Source of the DNA: Mustelus asterias
Taxonomy: Eukaryota
DNA: 64,000 nt
NCBI RefSeq assembly: GCF_964213995.1
Contig: NW_027590159.1
Coordinates: 248,001 to 312,000, forward strand
Reading direction: 5' to 3'
The notes under the pieces are model-generated. The model was given only the letters and a program-made list of their open reading frames with translations, was not told the origin of the DNA and searched no databases. Shown piece after piece: positions 60,505 through 64,000 of the stretch; position 1 is the first letter of the stretch, and the number at the start of each line of letters is the position of its first letter. Position numbers and translations under genes: made by a program.

Positions 60505-60917
60505 CATCTTAAAAATTTTACCGAACAAAACACCGGCCATCTCAGTGAGACATTTTCAACTTTTTCATACACCATTACAGTTTCACAGTGTTCCAGATCG
60601 TTCTGAATGTGTCTACAAAGAAACAAGTATCCAAATTTTACTTCTGAATGACCTAACAATATTACTATGATGGCGCAGTCTATCTCTGGAATTCCCCATT
60701 TAGGTGAATATGAAGTCAATTATGAAGCTGCAGCAGCAGCATCGTTTCTCAAGTTTAGACACGTGGAATCATGTCAGGGGTTTGCAGAAAATTATCGGCG
60801 GGCCTAAACTTCTGCCACTTGTGCAACACCTTCTGTGAGTAATGACATTTCGTTTAACGAAAGAGCTTTGTAAACTTAATTATCCAACTTCTATATTTCG
60901 GTGTTTTCCCGTCTTCT

Positions 60918-62955
60918 CGCTTCTACAAATGCATAAAGGGCAAACGAGTAACAAGGGAGAGATTAGGGCTGCTTAAGGATCAACAAGGTCATCTATGTGC
61001 GGATTCGCAAGAGATGGGTGAGATCCTAAATGAATATTCCTCATCAGTATTTACTGTTGACGAAAGCATGGATGTTACGGAACTTGGTGAAATAAGCAGT
61101 GATGTGTTGACGAGTGCACATATTACAGAGTAGGAGCTGCTGGAAATCGTAAAGCGCATTAAAGTCGATAAATCCCGGGACGTGGTGAAGTGTAGCCCAG
61201 GACAATGTGGGAGGCTAGGGAGGAAATTGCGGGTCCCCTAGCAGAGATATTTGAATCATTGAGAGTCACAGGTGAGGTGCCTGAAGATTGGAAGGTGGCA
61301 AATGATGTGCCTTTGTATAAAAAGGGCTGCAGGGACAAGCCTGGGAATTACAGGCCAGTGAGCCTCAAATCAGTGGTGGATAAGTTGGAAAGCATTTTGA
61401 GAGACATTCTACAAGCATTTAGAGATGCAAGGATTGATTTTGGACAAGCACCATGGCTTTGTGAGTGGAAAATCCTGTCTCACAAATTTGATGGCGTTTT
61501 CTGAAGGGGTAACCAAGGAAGTAGATGAGGACAGTGCTGTTGATGTTGTCTACATGCAGCTTAGCAAGGCCTTTGACAAGGTACCGCATAGTAGATTATT
61601 GAATCAGAATAAATCTCACGGGATCCAGGGTGAGGTGGCTAAATGGATACAAAATTGGCTTGATGACAGAATGTGGAGATGCCGGCGTTGGACTGGGGTA
61701 AGCACAGTAAGAAGTCTCACAACACCAGGTTAAAGTCCAACAGGTTTATTTGGTACCAAATGCCATAAGCTTTCGGAGCGCTGCCCCTTCGTCAGATGGA
61801 GTGGATCCACTCCATCTGACGAAGGGGCAGCGCTCCGAAAGCTTATGGTATTTGCTACCAAATAAACCTGTTGGACTTTAACCTGGTGTTGATGACAGAA
61901 GCCAGAGGGTGGTTGGAGAGGGTTGTTTTCCAAATTGGAGAACGGTGGCCAGCGGTGTGCCTCAGTGATCGGTGTTGGGTCCACTGTTATTTGTCATTTA
62001 TATTAATGATTCGGATGAGAATATAGGAGGCATGGTTAGTAAATTTGCAGATGACACCAAGATTGGTGGCATAGTGGACAGTGAAGACGGTTATCTCGGA
62101 TTGCAAAGGGATCATGATCAATTGGGCCAGTGGGCTGACGAATTGCAGAAGGAGTTTAATGTAGATAAATGCGAGGTGATGCATTTTGGTAGATTGAACC
62201 AGGGCAGGACGTATTCAGTTAATGGTGGGCCGTCGGGGAGAGTTACAGAACAAAGAGATCTCGGATTACATATTCATAGCTCCTTGAAAGTGGAGTCACA
62301 GGTGGACAGAGTGGTGAAAACGGCATTCAGCATGCTTGGTTGAATTGGTCTGAACATTGAACACAGGAGTTGGAATGCCTTGTTGAAGTTGTACAAGACA
62401 TTTGTAAGGCCACACTTGGAATACTGTGTACAGTTCTGGTCACCCTATCATATAAAGGATATTATTAAACTAGAAAGCATGAAGAAAAAATTTATGCCAC
62501 CGGGACTTGATGGTTTGAGTTATAAGGAGAGGCTGGATAGACTGGGACTTTTTCTCTGAACCGTAGAAGGCTGAGGTCTATAAAATAATGAAGGACACAG
62601 ATCAGCTAGATAGTCAATATCTTTGCCCAAAGGTAGGGGTGTCTAAAACAAGAGAGCATAGGTTTAAGGTGAGAGGAGAAAGATTCAAAAGTGTCCAGAG
62701 GAGCAATTGTTTCACACAGAGGGTGGTGACTCTCTGGAACAAGTTGCCAGAGGTACTCGTGGAGGCGGGAACAATTTTCTCTTTTAAAAAGCATTTGGAC
62801 AGTTACATGGGTAAGGTGGGTATAGAGGGATATGGGCCAAATGCAAGTAATTGGGATTAGCTTAGGGGTTTAAAAAAAGGGCGGCATGCACAAGGTGGGC
62901 CGAAGGGCCTGTTTCCATGCTGTAAACCTCTATTACTCTATGACTCTATGATTCT
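60918..62955 (+). mobile_element. Degenerate 5'-truncated CR1 LINE containing a Penelope-terminus hairpin insert
   Basis: Consecutive broken ORFs with NYRPVSL, SKAFDKVPH, KFADDTK; tail (actctatg)n. Confidence 0.92.
61672..61888. mobile_element. Non-coding Penelope-terminus foldback insert with hammerhead-like motifs on both strands
   Basis: 12-bp TSD ttgatgacagaa (61660-61671, 61889-61900); 86-bp inverted arms 61720-61805 and 61806-61891. Confidence 0.9.
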
Positions 62956-64000
62956 GACAAGATCTGCCTTCGTCTCCCACTTATCTTGGGACCTTGCACC
63001 TTTCATATGTTTCCTTCCTTAGATTAATTTTGAAAGTGAATAGGATTTGTAATTAAGCTCACGAAATACACGAAATAAACCAGTTTCAATCAGAAAAATT
63101 GTTCCAGCTCGCTGACGATCGCCCCACATTTATTGGATGTAACTTCCTGAAACTACTGACAGGAAAGGAGGAAGCCTGAACTATTTCTATATTCCCATGG
63201 AAGGCCCAAGGAATGTTTTGTGGTGGCAAGTTACATAAATGATAGAAAGGAACATTGCTTAATCACCCAGCAACCCTCATTACAAGAGCAATTGCAGAAT
63301 AAATTGCAAAATTCTCCAGCCTGCTGCATAATGGAAGAATTACTTCACAAAAAGTCCATATAATAAGTTACTCCAGCGCAGTCAGTGAAATGTGGACGTG
63401 GACACACCCTGTGTGGGTCAGTGCTTTTTGCGATGTAATACATTTCCTGGTGCTTTTGCCTGGTTAACCAGAAAGATTGCCAAGCGAATGTTGATAAATT
63501 CGCAGGATATTCCTGCGTTGCTCCTGCTGCTTCGTGCGAAAACCCAGAACCCAAGCCTGTCAGAAGCCTTTCGGACCTTTCACTGCTCACCATTTCCACT
63601 CTCAAGTTGTGGGGTGTTTAAATCAAATTCAGGCTATTGCGCAGGATGGACAATTTGGCCTCAATGCAAAGCGATGAATCGCAAATCAGGTTGTCTTTGA
63701 TGGCGACACGAAGATCTCCAAAGCTGATTTAATTCCTTGCAATAACTTGCCTGTGAGGTAAAACGGATATCCACCCAAGATGTTCTAGTTTTTTTAAATT
63801 GTACAATGAAATCACTTCAGTTCAATGATTGAAGTGTTCTTGTGAAATTATTCCGCCCGTTAATGCAAAAAAAACAACCCTGATTCATTCAATGGTTGAA
63901 ATTATTGTTCTGGAAAACGACAGAAAAATGCCAATTTCATTCATTTGGAATCCTGCTCTGCATGTTTTAAACGATATCAACCATTGCCTTGATTACCAAA

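Noticed and set aside
1-64000. Prokaryotic systems (CRISPR array, retron, operons)
   Set aside because: The window is vertebrate DNA, all RTs are non-LTR or Penelope retroelements, and there is no short repeat-spacer array.

Overview
Eukaryotic, repeat-dense, gene-poor DNA from an elasmobranch (shark or ray), inferred from many HE1-type SINEs and HER1/CR1 LINEs. I found no intact host protein-coding gene. The window is a decaying tRNA gene cluster. It has two blocks (about 1-7.5 kb and 18.2-29.6 kb) of a ~1.22-kb tandem unit, each unit carrying a minus-strand tRNA-Val copy. Most units also carry a TSD-flanked insert with a minimal hammerhead-ribozyme-like motif. Scattered tRNA genes or relics cover Pro, Arg, Leu, Thr, Glu, Gln, Lys and Cys. 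Three tRNA-Pro copies have extra sequence at the canonical 37/38 intron position, which is unusual for vertebrate Pro tRNAs. Between the two array blocks is an isolated, frameshifted T-cell receptor alpha/delta-type V segment that keeps a 23-bp-spacer RSS. A two-exon GPR139-like GPCR pseudogene (49.2-53.3 kb) is interrupted by a Penelope-like element. Mobile DNA includes a near-full-length CR1 (esterase ORF1 plus ORF2) nested in a Penelope element, a CR1 with an uninterrupted ORF2, many truncated CR1, Rex1-like and L2-like LINEs, SINEs, and short Penelope-terminus inserts with hammerhead motifs. There is a 185-N assembly gap at 58327-58511. All calls come from visual comparison with remembered consensus sequences; no searches were run, and TE boundaries are approximate.
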